Positions 9,475 through 23,329 of a DNA stretch of 64,000 nt are shown piece by piece. The notes below the pieces were generated by a model, which had not been told where the DNA came from, did not search any database, and saw only the letters and a program-made list of their open reading frames with translations. Numbering within the stretch: the stretch's first letter is position 1; every line of letters starts with the position of its first letter. This DNA comes from Marsupella aquatica. Its lineage: Eukaryota > Plantae > Marchantiophyta. The stretch lies in the NCBI GenBank assembly GCA_973895155.1, contig OZ316895.1, positions 11,024,184 through 11,088,183 on the forward strand, in the 5' to 3' direction. The translations under genes were made by a program, and so were the position numbers.

Positions 9475-12400
9475 TGTTAGATATTGCTCTAGTCTTGTTA
9501 CTCATGAGCTAACCACAGTTAGTCTAACTCGAGTTAGGACTTAGCTGATGTTAGCGGTAGTGCTGTTGTGCATAAAGCCAGGGCTGATGCCAGACCCTGG
9601 TGGAACTTAGGCTCATTGTTACGGAGCTAGTTGAGAGATAGGGAGAGCTTGTGTTGTGGATGCTTGGTATGGCCGGTCGGCCTAGAGTGTAGTAAAGCTC
9701 TTGTGTGTTCCCGTGGACGTAGCCTCATGTGGAGGTGAACCATGTATCTCTCTGTGTTGACTATTGTGCGTTGGATGGTTCATGGGCTTGCCGTTACGAA
9801 TGTCGTCTATGCTCAACAACTGGTATTTGGTAAATTTTTCTCCATCTAGTTCTATTGGATTCAAGACGCCATTTGAAATGAGGTACGGGCATCCAGCAGA
9901 TTACTCACATCTGAGGAGTTTTGGATGTGCTGCTTATGTGCTTACACCTTCCCAGCTTCGATCCAAGCTGGAGTCCAAGTCGAAGAAGTGCATTTTCCTT
10001 GGCTATCAGAAAGGTGTGAAGGGTTATAGGTTATGGGATCCAGTAACCTGTAAGCTAATTGTCAGTATCTGAGATGTGTCCTTTAATGAATCTAGATCAT
10101 CAAAGGACGGGGAGAGTTCTTAGGACTCCCATACTGACAAGGGGCAATCTCCCATCCCGGACCGGGTTGAGGGGGAGATTAGTCATGATGCAGTTCATGA
10201 CAGGAGAGATGGAAAAGCTCCGGGCTTGGAGCTGGTTCCTGTGATGGAAGAAGAGGAGCAGATTGTTGTTGGGGTACCTCAAATTCAACCAGCAGCAGCA
10301 GTAGATCAGCCTGAGTCATCTACTAGAAGAACTTCCAGTCGTTCTACTAGAGCTCCTACTAGGTATGGTCAATGGGCAGACTCATCTAAGCTAGATGATA
10401 TTGACATTGCACCTGATGATGATGATATGGCTTTGATCTTGGAAGAAGGAGAGTCTTCTTCGTACAGTGAGGCTTGTGCTTCAGAGTAGAAGCATGAGTG
10501 GAATGCAGCAATGCAGAGGGAGTTGCAATCTTTGAGTGATAACAAGACATGGGAGCTGGTGGAGCTTCCAAGAGGTCAGCAAGTGGTGGACAGCAAGTGG
10601 ATTTATAAGTTGAAGAACAGTTCTTCAGAGGGTGGAGAAAAGATCTACAAGGCAAGGCTTGTTGCCAAGGGGTTCACTCAAGAGAAAGGAGTGGACTAGA
10701 ATGAGGTTTTTTCACCGGTGGCTAAGTATTCCACTATTCAGATCTTGTGTCAGCTTGTTGTGTTTTTTGGTCTGGTGATGGATCAGATGGATGTTGTTAC
10801 TGCTTTTCTCTATGGCAAATTGGAAGAGTTGATCTTCATGAGACAGCCACTAAGCTTTATGAAGAAGGGCCAAGAGAACTTAGTTTGCAGATTGCTCAAA
10901 TTCTTGTATGGATTGAAGCAGTCTCCCAGACAGTGGAACAAGCGGTTTGATCATTTCATGTTTGCTCAAGGTTTTACAAGGATGGTGTATGATCCTTGTG
11001 TGTATACGAAATCAGTCAAGAATGATATATTTGGTTTCATCATTCTGGTGATCTGTGGATGACATGCTAATTGTGGCTAAAGATCAATCTGAGGTTGACA
11101 GTCTCAAGGCAAAATTGAGTGCTGAATTCAGGATGAAGGATCTTGGTAAGGCCAAGAGAATCTTAGGGATGGAGATTTTTAGGAACTCTGATACTGGACA
11201 ATTGTGCTTGAGTCAAGGCCAGTATGCAAGGAAGGTACTTGCACGATTCAACATGGAAAACTGTAAGCTAGTGAGTATTCCTTAAGCTTCACATTTCAAG
11301 TTATCATTGGCTTTCTCTTCTACGGATGTTGTGGAGAAAGGTCTGATGGCTAAGATTCCTTAATATGAGAAGGCAGTAGGCAATCTAATGTATTTGATGA
11401 TTTGTACTATGCCTGACTTGGCCCTAGCGATGGGCAAGGTTAGCAGATTCATGTCAAATCCAGGAAAGGTACATTGGGAAGTTGTGAAGTGGATTCTCAG
11501 GTATCTGAAGGGAACACAGGACTATGGATTACTATTTGACAACAGATCAAATAGAACGTTAGTTGGCTATGTAGATTCTGACTATGGAGGCTGTCTGGAT
11601 ACAAAGAGGTCTACAACTGGGTTTGTATACACTCTTGGAGGAGGATGTATCAGTTGGAAATCTACCTTGCAGAAGTGCATATCTCAGTCTACTACAAAAG
11701 CAGAGTATGTTGCAGCAGTAGAAAGCAAAGGAAGCAATTTGGTTGGACAAGTTGATCGCGGAGATGGGTTTAGAGCATGGCAAAATGACTCTAAACTGTG
11801 ATAGTCAGAGTGCTCTTCACTTGGCTGCTAACCAGGTAATGGATAGCAAGGTGAAGCACATTGATATAAGGTACCATTTTATCAGGCAAACAGTGTCTGA
11901 TAAAACTTTTGAGCTAGTCAAGATTGATGGAAAGCTCAATCCCGCGGATACTTTTACCAAAGTGATTTCTTTGGAGAGTTTTTCAAGACACCGTGCTACT
12001 TTGCAAGTTTTGCAGTTGTAGTGCAAGTAGAGTTATTTAGCAAGGTGTGATTATTTGTATATGGATTACTCATTCCTGTTAGACTACGGCTTAGTTCTAG
12101 TTAACCCTTAATTAACCCTTAATATGGTTTTTAGGGGGAGACCTGGTTTGGTGATTATCTAGGACTTCCCGCTGAGGATTCCATATGGTAGCATTTAGTC
12201 CAGTCCCCAAGACAAGAGTCAAGGGGGAGTTTGTTAGATATTGCTCTAGTCTTGTGACTCATGAGCTAACCACAGTTAGTCTAACTCGGGTTAGGACTTA
12301 GCTGATGTTAGCGGTAGTGCTGTTGTGCATAAAGCCGGGGCTGATGCTAGACCCTGGTGGAACTTAGGCTCATTGTTACGGAGCTAGTTGAGAGATAGGG

Positions 12401-12575
12401 AGAGCTTGTGTTGTGGATGCTTGGTATGGCCGGTCGGCCTAGAGTGTAGTAAAGTTATTGTGTGTTCACGTGGACGTAGCCCCATGTGGAGGTGAACCAC
12501 GTATGTCTCTGTGTCGACTATTGTGCGTTGGATGGTTCATGGGCTTGCCGTTACGAATGTCGTCTATGCTCAACA
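9475..12575 (+). mobile_element. Ty1/copia LTR retrotransposon, internally deleted (gag, protease and most of integrase missing), inactive
   Basis: 344-bp LTRs at 9475-9818 and 12232-12575 (TGTTAG...CAACA), TSD AATGT on both sides, truncated PBS (actggtat) and PPT aagggggag before the 3' LTR. Domain order is IN-RT-RNaseH. Confidence 0.96.
9827..12021 (+). pseudogene. copia pol remnant: integrase C-terminus, reverse transcriptase, RNase H
   Basis: LVNFSPS...LRSFGCAAY...SKLESKSKKCIFLGY (IN). KARLVAKGFTQ, QMDVVTAFLYG, LYGLKQSPRQW and (V)DDML (RT). VDSDYGG and KHIDIRYHFIR...NPADTFTK (RH). Several stops and frameshifts. Confidence 0.93.
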
Positions 12576-14159
12576 AATGTGTGTAAAGTTGGTGATAAGT
12601 AATCTTTAGCCCAAATCTCTCAATTCTTCATGAAGACCATACGACTTCCAAGATGCTTTTAACTAGCTCAAGGAACTCTGACTCTGTTATTTATCAAGGG
12701 AGATACTGAAGGTAAAACTTTGTTGTTAAAAATTGTATAAATTAAATTACTACTACAAGTGCATCACAGTAACCCCACCCGAGATGGTTTGGAGTAGAAC
12801 CCATGTTACATGCAAATTTAAAGCAAAACTCACTTACTACTGCAGGGTTGGGAAACGGGAGTTTGAATCCTAGTATGGACAAATAATGCCAAAGAGCCTT
12901 GACACTAGTTCTCTTTTTCAAAGCCTCAGCCTCCTGAAAAGTTAGACAATGCCAAGATTCTCATCATTGTTTGAAAGGCTTTGTGAGAAACATTCAACGA
13001 AGATGGAGGATCAAGAGGTGAAACAAGACCAACCTTGTATTTTCCCAATTATATGTGAAGTTACTAGCTATCATAGTCCCCAAAAACAAACCCATGGGTT
13101 TTTTCATGTGTGGGAAGAAGAAGTCACAACCCAGAAATGGATTATGTTTTTATTTTATTTTTTCAAGGGGAAATCTGTGAAACCCCACAAAAAGGAAACA
13201 GTCAGTCACAACATTGAACACTAGACCTAGTATGAGTCTCAGCTCAAGTCAGCTAGTTACCACACACCCATGCCTCTCTGGGCAGAAATGGATTATGTTA
13301 AACCACTCAGTTGACTATGATACCTGGGCTCAATGACTTTGTGTTTGAGAAACAGGCTTGTGATTGTTTGGGTGCCCATCACAAGTTTTTCAAAGATATA
13401 TCAATCACTCCTCAAATAGAAAGCACTTATTTGAACAAAATGCTTTGTCTGTAAGGGATTTCTTCTCAGATAGTATTCATGTTATGCACCAAGATTTTGT
13501 GTTTGAATCTTGATCACAAGGTCCACTCAGGCCTTGTTTGAAGAGGAATAAACTACTTTTTTCCCACAAAGAGAACACCCCACACCTGAGTGTTCTATTC
13601 ACAAATGAAAAAATTGGCCTTCAAGCAGGGAAATTGAATTTTTTTCGTAAGTAGAGAGCCATGACGCTCTATCTGAGAGTGTGTTTACAAAGGCAAAACC
13701 AGATGTTCTAACAAACAAATCCCTGGCTCTCTAACCAGAGTGTTTGTAAGGCACAACTGGAAGTTGTAATAGAAAAGATCAGGCAATGAGAGATGGAATT
13801 TGAAGCACATTTCCAAATCGGGAAAACTAATAAAGGCCTGATAAACTGACAGGTTTGCTGTGAAGCCCCCACAGATTTCCAAACCTTGGATGGACTGGTG
13901 CAGAACAACTAAAAAGACTTGTGTGGCAGCTTTCACAGTTTTGACTGAAATGTGACATGTAAATGGGCTCCTGGCCATTTCAAACCAGGTTCCATTAATT
14001 GACCTGGTGGAAGTCGCTGCTCATACCCAAACTACTTATACTGTTTGATGTATGTATTTTACTTCCTACAACTTCTATCACAAGTGCCTATTGCCCGATA
14101 TACGTTGAAGTGCCCAAGACAGTTCGAAACAAATCTCATTTATACGCTCGAGCAGGGGT

Positions 14160-14220
14160 ACTGAACGGATTGAACTTGGGACCAGTTGGTCACAAATCAA
14201 CCCTGGCCACCTTAGCTAGC
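14160..14220 (-). repeat. Possible tRNA-derived SINE head remnant
   Basis: Minus strand reads tagctaaggtgg...(~30 nt)...aagttcaatcc, resembling Pol III A and B boxes. No convincing cloverleaf. Confidence 0.3.
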
Positions 14221-15639
14221 CATCAGGCCTCACTAAGGTGGTTAGAACCAGCAACGTTCCAATGCAACAGTTTGATTCAAAAGCAACTTCCAGCTCGTAA
14301 ACATTCAACTATTGTTTCTTGAATTTCACATTCATCAAGAATCGTTCTCTGATCTGTCCTCCAAATGGAAAAATATCAGTGAATATTGTACTCATTTTGT
14401 CTGTTTACTTTGCAATTATCTTACAACTTCTTAGATTCTTACGACTCCCAGTCGGCAAGATGACTGTCAAAGTGGAGAATCCGGAGACAGCTGAACTTGA
14501 TGACGGAGAAAATAACATCATTTTGATCTTAATCGACTGCACACCTCGATGCATCGATCATAAACGTTCATTTGATCTCTTGAAGCTAAACTGGAAGTGA
14601 CGGCTCGTTTGATCCTGGGCAGCCTAACCAACTTGAGTTCAACTTCTTCACTTCTCAATGCCTACAGTAGTGTTTTGAGGACTTGCAGATTTATTGTAGA
14701 AGGTTTCAACAATAGGGACTTAATTGACAAGAACAAAACAGGAGATTGTTCTATTAAACTGCTTTAACTTGGTATAGGTTGGGGTGGTCTAATTGCTTTG
14801 GCTTGAATGCTCCTGTAGGTTTTGTTCGTTGACTGAGGTTCACCTTAAGGTACAGACTTTGAAGTGTTTGGATGTTGAGAAGTAAAGGAGTGCAGCTTTT
14901 TCCCGTCAACTATTTTTGACACCGCAAGGAAAGGAGTTCCCAATCTAAAATACACCACTGGGTCTAGCATGTCTGACACGGCAACGAAAGGAGTTCCCAA
15001 TCTTAAACACATCACTGAGTCTGGCTCGAAATGAACTCAGAGCATTTCCCCATCAAAATGAATGTGAACAGGCTACTGGGCAAAGGAAAATCTGGTGAAT
15101 CTGCACTTTGCAGATGTGGTGCAAAGCGACATTTGGAATGAATTCATTCAAGAGTTGAAATCTACAACAAGCATTTGATGGGCTCCAGGTGCCTATCGAC
15201 CTTCCATTGAAATAACAAGGAACTTACTCGTCAAAATTCTGTTATCTATTGAGGGGAAACCACCACCCATATTTCCAATGAGTACCATTAAGTGAGATCT
15301 GCTGCTTCAATTTGACAGATCTTGAATTGATCCACAGCATGTCTCTGCCGCAGTCGCGTACGTTGTGCATTGATTCAAACCCAGGAAAGAAATCTAAAGA
15401 GATCAAGCGAGATCTTGTATTGATCCACAACAGGTTTCTTGCCTACAGTAGCTGCTTACGGTGTGCATTGATTCCAACCGTAAACAGACATCTAAGGAGA
15501 TTAAACGAGAGAGCGAAGAATGGCAAATATTTTGAATTGAAATACTTGAGAAACAAATTGGACCCCCCACCAACCCCATCTGACCAAAAAAATGATCCCG
15601 ACGTTTGACTAGTGTACTTGATTGAAGTGAAACTGCTGC

Positions 15640-15795
15640 AATCAAGAAGTTGCACGGCAACGTTAAACAATCAAAAAGTTGCACGGCACGTTCAACAATC
15701 AAAAAGTTCACGGCACGTTCAACAATAAACAATCAAAAAGTTCACCGTAGTTCTACGGCACGTTAAACAATAAACAATCAAAAAGTTCTACGGCC
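15640..15795. repeat. Minisatellite, ~28 bp unit aatcaaaaagtt(g)cacggcacgtt(c/a)aac, about 5 degenerate copies
   Basis: Directly visible tandem units ~650 bp upstream of the chitinase ATG. Confidence 0.8.
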
Positions 15796-16439
15796 CAACC
15801 GCGCGTTCCGTAACACGATCGATCAAAGCGACATCGATACACACTGTGTTTGTCAACGCATTGAATGACGTTCTTATGTGGCAATTATCCAATAACTCAC
15901 CGAAGCTGCCAGTTGAATTGGACTACCTTCTGCTCTCATGCTATTGTAGTTATCCACCCACCACTAGCCTTGAATGAGAAGCAAATAGAGCACATAGTCT
16001 GCAGTCAAGTCTTCGGGCAGAGCAGAAAGTCAAACACACGTATGGACAGTGGAGAACGAGCTCTTCCAAGTGTGCTTGATTAGTCCTTGCTGAGCGCAGC
16101 AAGTCTTCCGCAGCAAGTCGTGCGCAACAATGTACTGTGATTCAGTCTAGCGCCCAAGAAGACTTTCTGGACTCTTGTAAGTCCTAAGGTCCCAAGTCTG
16201 AATCCCCAGGCACCCTGTCTGCCTTGTAAGTTACGACGTGTGATTCAGGCAGTCACATAAGAGGGTTCCTCGATATCTTCCTCAATCGATCCCAAGGCTC
16301 CACTGACGGATTGCTCTATTGGAAGCTAGGCAGCTGCTTCAATTCTGGTCATTTTACGAGATAGGACTGGGAAAGTTGCGCAGGAATGTTAGCCACCAAT
16401 TGAGCTGTAACGAAGCGTGCTGGATTGCTAAGAATAGGG

Positions 16440-18933
16440 ATGGGTCTCAGAAGTCGGCACACCGCGTTCGTCCTCACAAGCATTGTTGTAGCTTTAACAC
16501 TGCAGCAGCACCTGCAGCTGATTTTGGCTCAGCAGGAGACGTGCGGATACAAGGCCAACTTTGCGCTCTGCCCCGGCACCCAATGCTGCTCCCAGTATGG
16601 ATACTGCGGCACCACGGACCCCTACTGCGGTGCTGGCTGCCAAAGCGGCGGATGCTCTGCAACCCAAGCGCCTCCCGCTGGTATAACACTCGGGCACGTC
16701 CTCTACGACTACATCGGGTCGAACGGAGTCAACATATTCTTCGATGACTACCCTGTCAATACCTCCACGTCCATCACCTACGTCCTCGCCCTTGCCTTCG
16801 CCATTGACATGGATAACACTGGCGCCACCCAGAACGGCAATTTCCAGGTTCAATGATCTCACCATTTCGTCTCGAACGCCCTCAAAATTGTTTCCTGCTT
16901 CGTGACTATTTTGCCAAGTGCAGGACTATTCCAGCACTACTTTTCTCTCGATTGCGTACGTTTAGGGTTTGTGAATGTCTCAACTTTAGAGTTCATTTTC
17001 TCAGCTTCGTGAATTGGAGGTTTTATTCACAAGAATTAGAAAAAGAATGTGCAATTGATCGATCTCTTAACCTAGCCTTGGAGAGGTCGTGAATGCCAGC
17101 CGGATGACCGCTGCTGGTCTCGCTCGTCCTCTCAAGCCAGCCGTTCAATTGTGCTCCGCGCAGGTGTCTTGGACGTCCAACCTGTCGCCCGCCGCCGCCA
17201 AGAGCTGGAGAGCGCGGTACCCCAACGTCAGACTCTCCATAGCTCTCGGCGGAGCGGGCTTCACCCATCCGGTGAACTGGTACAACCCGCCGAATCCAGA
17301 GCAATGGCTCGCAAATGCCGTGGCATCGCTGACGAGCATCGTGCAGACCTACAGCGCAGACGGGATCGACATTGACATCGAGCTGTTCCCGAATGGGAGC
17401 GACAACTTTGTGTCTCTCATCGGCAACCTGGTGACGACGCTGAAGCAGAACGGGGTGATCAAGTTTGCCTCCATAGCTCCAGGATACCCGCAGTTGGATC
17501 TTTACACAACGCTCTACAACACGTACCCGAACGCGTTCGACATCGTGAACTACCAGCTCTACGGCGGCGAAGACCTGAACACTGTTGCCAAGTACTTGGC
17601 AAGGTACGTATGAACGAACCACCCATTAATGCATACACATTCATACACAGTAGTAAAAGGGACCCATAACTGCACGTCTGCACATCAAAATATGACATAT
17701 ACAATACAATGTAAATTATCTTTCGATACTGTTATTTTCTTTAAATAGTGCACACTGTATAATATCACATTTTATCATATTCCCACATTACATTACTTCA
17801 TAGGGAACTTGTGGCTTAAGAGATCCGAGAGGCAATCCCAAAATGTTCTTCAGAATCAAATCTAATTTACTTACTGTTACTCTATATTGTGTTGCAAGTA
17901 TGTGACCAATGGGCAATGGTGTCGAAAGGGGTGCTTTAGGGTTTAGGGTTTCGAAGAAAGCGCATCAGAATTTATAAATCAGAGAAAAACAAAGTACAAA
18001 CGAAAAAAGAAAGAGAAAGAGTTCCAAAGAGGACCACCACGTACCCAGAAAAAACAAGCAAGTTTAAACCTTAAAAAAACAAAGGTGTCAAACACTACAT
18101 GAGAACAAACTGAATGACTAGTGTCCACATTGGAAAATGTGACAAGAGCTAAGGGTCACATCCAATGTCCTGAGCAAATGAGACAGGAATGGCTGTCAAA
18201 GGGAGGAAAAAAAAATGTCTGCTGTACTCTCTACCACCCTTATTTGCGGATGTTAACAATATAATCATATTATTCTTGACTAACTACCCTGGGATACATG
18301 AACGACAGCAGTTTTGGGGGCCACTAGTATTACTTACTTTAGTTCAGACATAAATTCAAGGCATCTAATTTAAATGGACATTTCCATGGATCCCATGGAG
18401 GTTTGAGAATCCTATGTAGGCAAAATGTCAAAGATGAAAATCCCATTCCATCCTATTAGGGCCTAAAACTTTACAATGCCATGTGCTTGGACGGAGGTGC
18501 TCACATGAGCGCATTGTCCCATATAAACCACGAGGGCAAACAACCCACTGTGCTTGTCCTTGGGATAATAATGCTCGTGTGAGGGTTTCTGGTAATCATT
18601 TTCGTCAAATAATAGTAGAGGGACAGAAATGGAAGGATCTGTATTTTTGGGCAAGATCTTGTTTCAGATGCTCAAATTATCTAAAGCTGGACCCGTTGCA
18701 TTGCGAAACAATGTAGGTACAATCAAATTATCCTCATATTTCCAGCTTCGAAGCTAGGACCGAGCACTCAAGTGTATTTGGACGATAAGACCATCACAGG
18801 CACAGATTTCTATTCAGCTGTGCAGAATATCCGAAGCTCTCATGGACTTGCATGTGTATTTTTGTGGAATGCTGACCTCTCAATGGAAAAAGACAGTTTT
18901 GGAACGGAGAAGGCTCTTTCTGGATTTCTGTAG
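16440..18933 (+). CDS. Secreted chitinase: signal peptide + hevein/CBM18 + GH18 (class IIIb/narbonin-like) domain, ~354 aa. Exons 16440-16847, 17164-17603, 18717-18933
   Basis: 8-Cys hevein [50 protein letters not shown], catalytic DGIDIDIE (DxxDxDxE), ASIAP, VNYQLY and C-terminal VFLWNAD. GT-AG introns keep frame (1065 nt). Confidence 0.9.
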
Positions 18934-21900
18934 AATCACTCTGAAAACTATGAATCCAATCGTATACAGAAAACGCACAGGCATGCCCTCTTTAAGTGCG
19001 CTCTGAATTCCTGTATCATCGATGGTCAAGGACAGTAGCTGAGCATATGATTCTGGAGCTTATCTCACCCTGTATTTAGCTTTGTGTGGTCAGCTATCAT
19101 AGAATTCACAGGTTTCCACAGACTTTCGGCCGGCAATTGTCGTATGCACTGTGTCTCCCGCTTCAATTTGTGTCGTGCATAGCAACAAGGGAAGTATCTC
19201 ACACTCAAGTGGTAGAGAAATAACTTTGGTTGTAGACTTCGAAAAGTATATTTCGGATGACGAACAGAGTTTCATTTCAACTACTCTTCTGACTGACATT
19301 TGCGTGATCGTCGTCCTATAAGGTGCATCCCAATTTGCAATTTCTGCAGGAATTCGGATACATTTCATGATATGCAGGAAATGGATGATATGCAGCTGGG
19401 GACTGAAAAGGTTTTGTTACCCACAGATGTTTCGCGTACTTTCGAAGAAACGAAGCTCCAGTCGTTGTTTGAAATATTGGTCGATCATGTTGATCCTGTA
19501 GTCTTGATTTCACTCGCGATTCTACTTCGCCTCTTATGATTCCCAACAATGAGGAAACTGTGGGCATTAACAAGTGTTTCAACTCCTTCATGTCGACGAC
19601 TGCTAGACAGGTTCCCGAACATACCAGATGGCAACTCGCAGCTTGCACTGTCGTCCGCATAACGAATGCGGCATTGATTTTTCGGCATGAGGAGACCGGA
19701 GGTGCTGCCGATTGCCGAAGCTGGAGATTTTGGATTGTAGCTCATGGACCGGTTGTAGGACGAAAAGTGACTTGTTGGTGATGCGATGAGCTGAGCCGTT
19801 GCTACTGTATGTGACATCTGAGGAGCGTAATTTCGGCAGTTCTTCAGAATGCACCATCGCTGGCATGTTCTCTGTCATATGTTTCAAATTCTTTCAGCCA
19901 AGAGTACACAGAAGGAGCGAATCGGATAGCTGTTCAAGCTACGGAATGATGTGGAGTCTACTCATGCGAGAAAGGAATTCCAGTGTGCCTCGAAGCCGGT
20001 GGTAACCCCTACTGAATCTTGGCCAACATTTGGTGAGTCACCACTTGACTCAGGATGCACCATGGCTGTCATGTGCTCTGTCATATGTTTCAGATTCTTT
20101 CTTTAGCAGCTAGAAGTACGCAGAAGGAAAGAATTTCTTTCCTGGCGCGGGCCTCACCGGCTTTCTTTTGCACTTCGACCTTTGGTCCTCTTGTGGTGTT
20201 GCCCACCTATGTTTGTATGGTGTCTTTGTGAATGGAATTCAAAAATGTTTTTCTGTGAATGGAATTCAAAAAATCTTTCAAGGCAAAAAAGAAAGAATTA
20301 GATAACTGTAAAAGCTACAGAATGATGTGGAGGTTACCCATCATGCGAGAAAGGAACTCCAGCGTGCCTCGAAGCCGTTTGTAACCATAGTGACTCTTGG
20401 CCAACATTTGGTGAGTCATCACTTGACCTTAGCAAAGTGCTTTCTAGATCACTCGTGTGATTATCGTGTCCATCAGGGCAGACCACAAAAAGGGGGGACA
20501 AAACAAAGTGCACCAGAAGTCAAAGTGCCAGAAGCCGAGGGCCTCCTGTGCCAAGATAGAGGCTAAGCCTCAGCAAAGAGTCAACAAAGAGACAACTAAA
20601 CATGACGTTGGACTATTGTGGGGGAGGAGCACAATCCTAAAGAGAAGACCGGCCACATAAACAACCCCTGCTGGTAATCACACATCAAAATGTGGCTGCA
20701 TTCATTGATTGAAAGAAAAAAACTAGGATTATCATGGTATGCTAAGGTGTCGTACATTGTATATGTCATATTTTGTGTGCACTTACCGAGATCCATAAAC
20801 AACCTTGGCAGGGGGCCACCTAGTGGGTCATTGACAAAAATGAGTCTCGTCGATCTAATTACAATTTAAACCACTACCTTGCAAACAGCTAAAAGAGCCT
20901 TGTCCATCTAACTACATGTCACAATTACAAAAACAAAACATGTCAAACCACTACCTTGCAGCAGCTAAACTCAGGGAAGTCACGTCTCTTTGAAGAAACA
21001 GCTTCTTACTATCCTATCCCCTAAACTGGTAGCAATACTAACTTGCCCCAACAGTAATTTAAAAATCAGGTTATTCTTCATTGTGTATGGTTTTGATTGA
21101 AGCCCCACCGGCCCCAATAGTATCTTCACCCTAGACCAGATTTCCTCATCTAATGATCACTGGAATGCAGCTGTGGACTATTGTGTACAAGGAACGATTT
21201 TCATGTTTTGGTCCCCTTGTTTCCTCCATTTCTAGGGTTGGCAGGGTAAACTTGGATAAATTATGAGCTTTCACATGTCCCCATCCAATTATGTATCATT
21301 TTGGGTGAATCTACATACAGAATGAGGGGCAATTGATCATTAAACTCAAAATATCTGCCACCGACCCTAAACCTGGTGAATCGAGGCAACTAAAATAAAT
21401 CAATAATATCTTCAATAAAATGTCTAATGCATTATGTTATCCTCCCCAAACCTGGTAGGATAGGATCCGTCTTGTGATGCCGCCTTGTGATGAGTTGGGG
21501 CCTGGAAAGTTGAAAAAGGTGTCAGCAACCTAGCAACCTACTGTAGTTTTTAATGGCGAGAATCTACTTGTGAGGTGGGCGGAGGCATGCTCAAGTTTCT
21601 GGAGTATGGAGTCCCTAGCCATCGGGGCCATCGGGGCCATCAGGCCATCAGGGGGCCACCGACGCCACGTGCTACGACAGAGCCGAGCCACACGAGCGAG
21701 GTCTACTGCACTCTGCAGCCTGCAGGAGAGGCCTCATAATTGCAAGGAAAGATGAACAGTTATTGACATCACGTCATTCTGTGGTTTGGAAAGTGCATCT
21801 TGGAGTTTCCGCTTTCCTTGCATGCCATGCCGTGTCAAGGAGCGCCGCAAAACACTCGAATATATTAGATCGAAGTAGCTGAATTTTTAAGGTTTATTCT

Positions 21901-23329
21901 TCGCCAGCGTGATTTTCCTAGTTTTCAAACGACACCTTCTGTGAAAGAGAAGAATGATGCTAGGAACATTCTGCATTTCATGTCCTTATTAGTTTACTTG
22001 CTATTCTCAGATCTCCCTGCATCCCTGCATAACTAGATTCTGGCTATAGTGGGCAGAAATCTAACTAAATTTGCGCGTGAAAGACTTTCTAAAGAGGTAG
22101 AATCTGGCTAATTTGTGCCACTGAAAAAACCCTACGTCAAAGTTCAAATAAGCACAGAATGATCATGTCGTCCCTGGTCAGATTCTTCATGCCTAAAGAA
22201 AAATTGAAGCGACCTTTGGCAACATTTTCTACGTTGTGACCCAAGTGGAATAGACATTCAGGAAATCTTCTAGTTTGATCTAGCTTCGAGAATTGGCAGT
22301 CACTATATTGCCATGCTGTTTTGTTAAGAACTTTGCCACTAATTAATTCATTGTCACCCTTTTCCGCTATTTTCTTTTAAACTAGGCAAACTCCCTAGAA
22401 ACTTTATAACACAGGAACATTTGAGTGAACCAAAGACTTCATTCTAAGAGGAGGAGACAGGAGAAAGCAATTGACCGGGCTAATTGGAGCCTTGGGGCTT
22501 TCACTTTTCGCAAAATTGGTATATCATGTGCAACAAAGAATAGTGTCATTTTATTTATTTTAAAGTGAAGACTTTAAAAGTTTTGCTGAAATACTTTAGG
22601 TTCTTTTGATGCATCTTAGGATGCTAACACACCCCAGATGCACAAAAAGAACATCATGGAAACTTGGAAGTGTAACTGACTAACTTAAACCGTTGCTTAA
22701 AGTGCACATTGTCACCATTAATTATCAAATTATGATTTCATTTGTCAATCTAAAATATCCAAGGACATGCATATTTTTTTGTGACTGGTGTGCACCCTCA
22801 TCCACCATCCAGTTTGCTACTCAAGGATTGATCAATGCCTCAATCAATCAGATCTTATGCTAGAGTTAGTGTGAGAGTCAGTTGTTTTTTTTTTGTAAAT
22901 GCATTAAAGATAAAGAAATGACTTATTATAATCCCAAAAGTAAATAAAAGAGTTAAAAGAGGCTTTTTTTTTAGCACGGATTCTTTGTTGTTTGGCATGT
23001 TAAATTGTTAATGGACTCCGTAATTAACCTCAACACCCATCCTTATTATATATGACAAGTGACTACCAAAGGTATGTCAAGATTCCACTTTAAGAGTGTT
23101 GTGCTGGCAACTTGGGAGAACTTGGGAGAATAAATTAAATCATATTTAGTGGATGGTGAGAAAATTGGATTCAGGAATGGTATATATCTCAACTGCATAT
23201 CCAATGACAACAGGTGTATATTCTTCCAACTTCAAAAGTATGAGGTATCGGGTTAGTGTAGATAAATCATAGACGGTGATAAACATTCGTTGGGTACACT
23301 AATCAAGATGAATATTTAGTATAATGTTT

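Noticed and set aside
16494-17622. Antisense ORFs of 123 and 199 aa over the chitinase
   Set aside because: Shadow ORFs of GC3-rich coding exons.
19090-19890. Chain of minus-strand ORFs, faintly reminiscent of a decayed ROC-COR/TRN1-like gene (LHIIHFLHIMKCI)
   Set aside because: Similarity too weak to call without a TBLASTN/HMM search.
21000-21300. Possible L1 LINE zf-RVT fragment on the minus strand (a similar hint at 55500-55720)
   Set aside because: Only a few residues across frameshifts and stops. Not supportable by eye.
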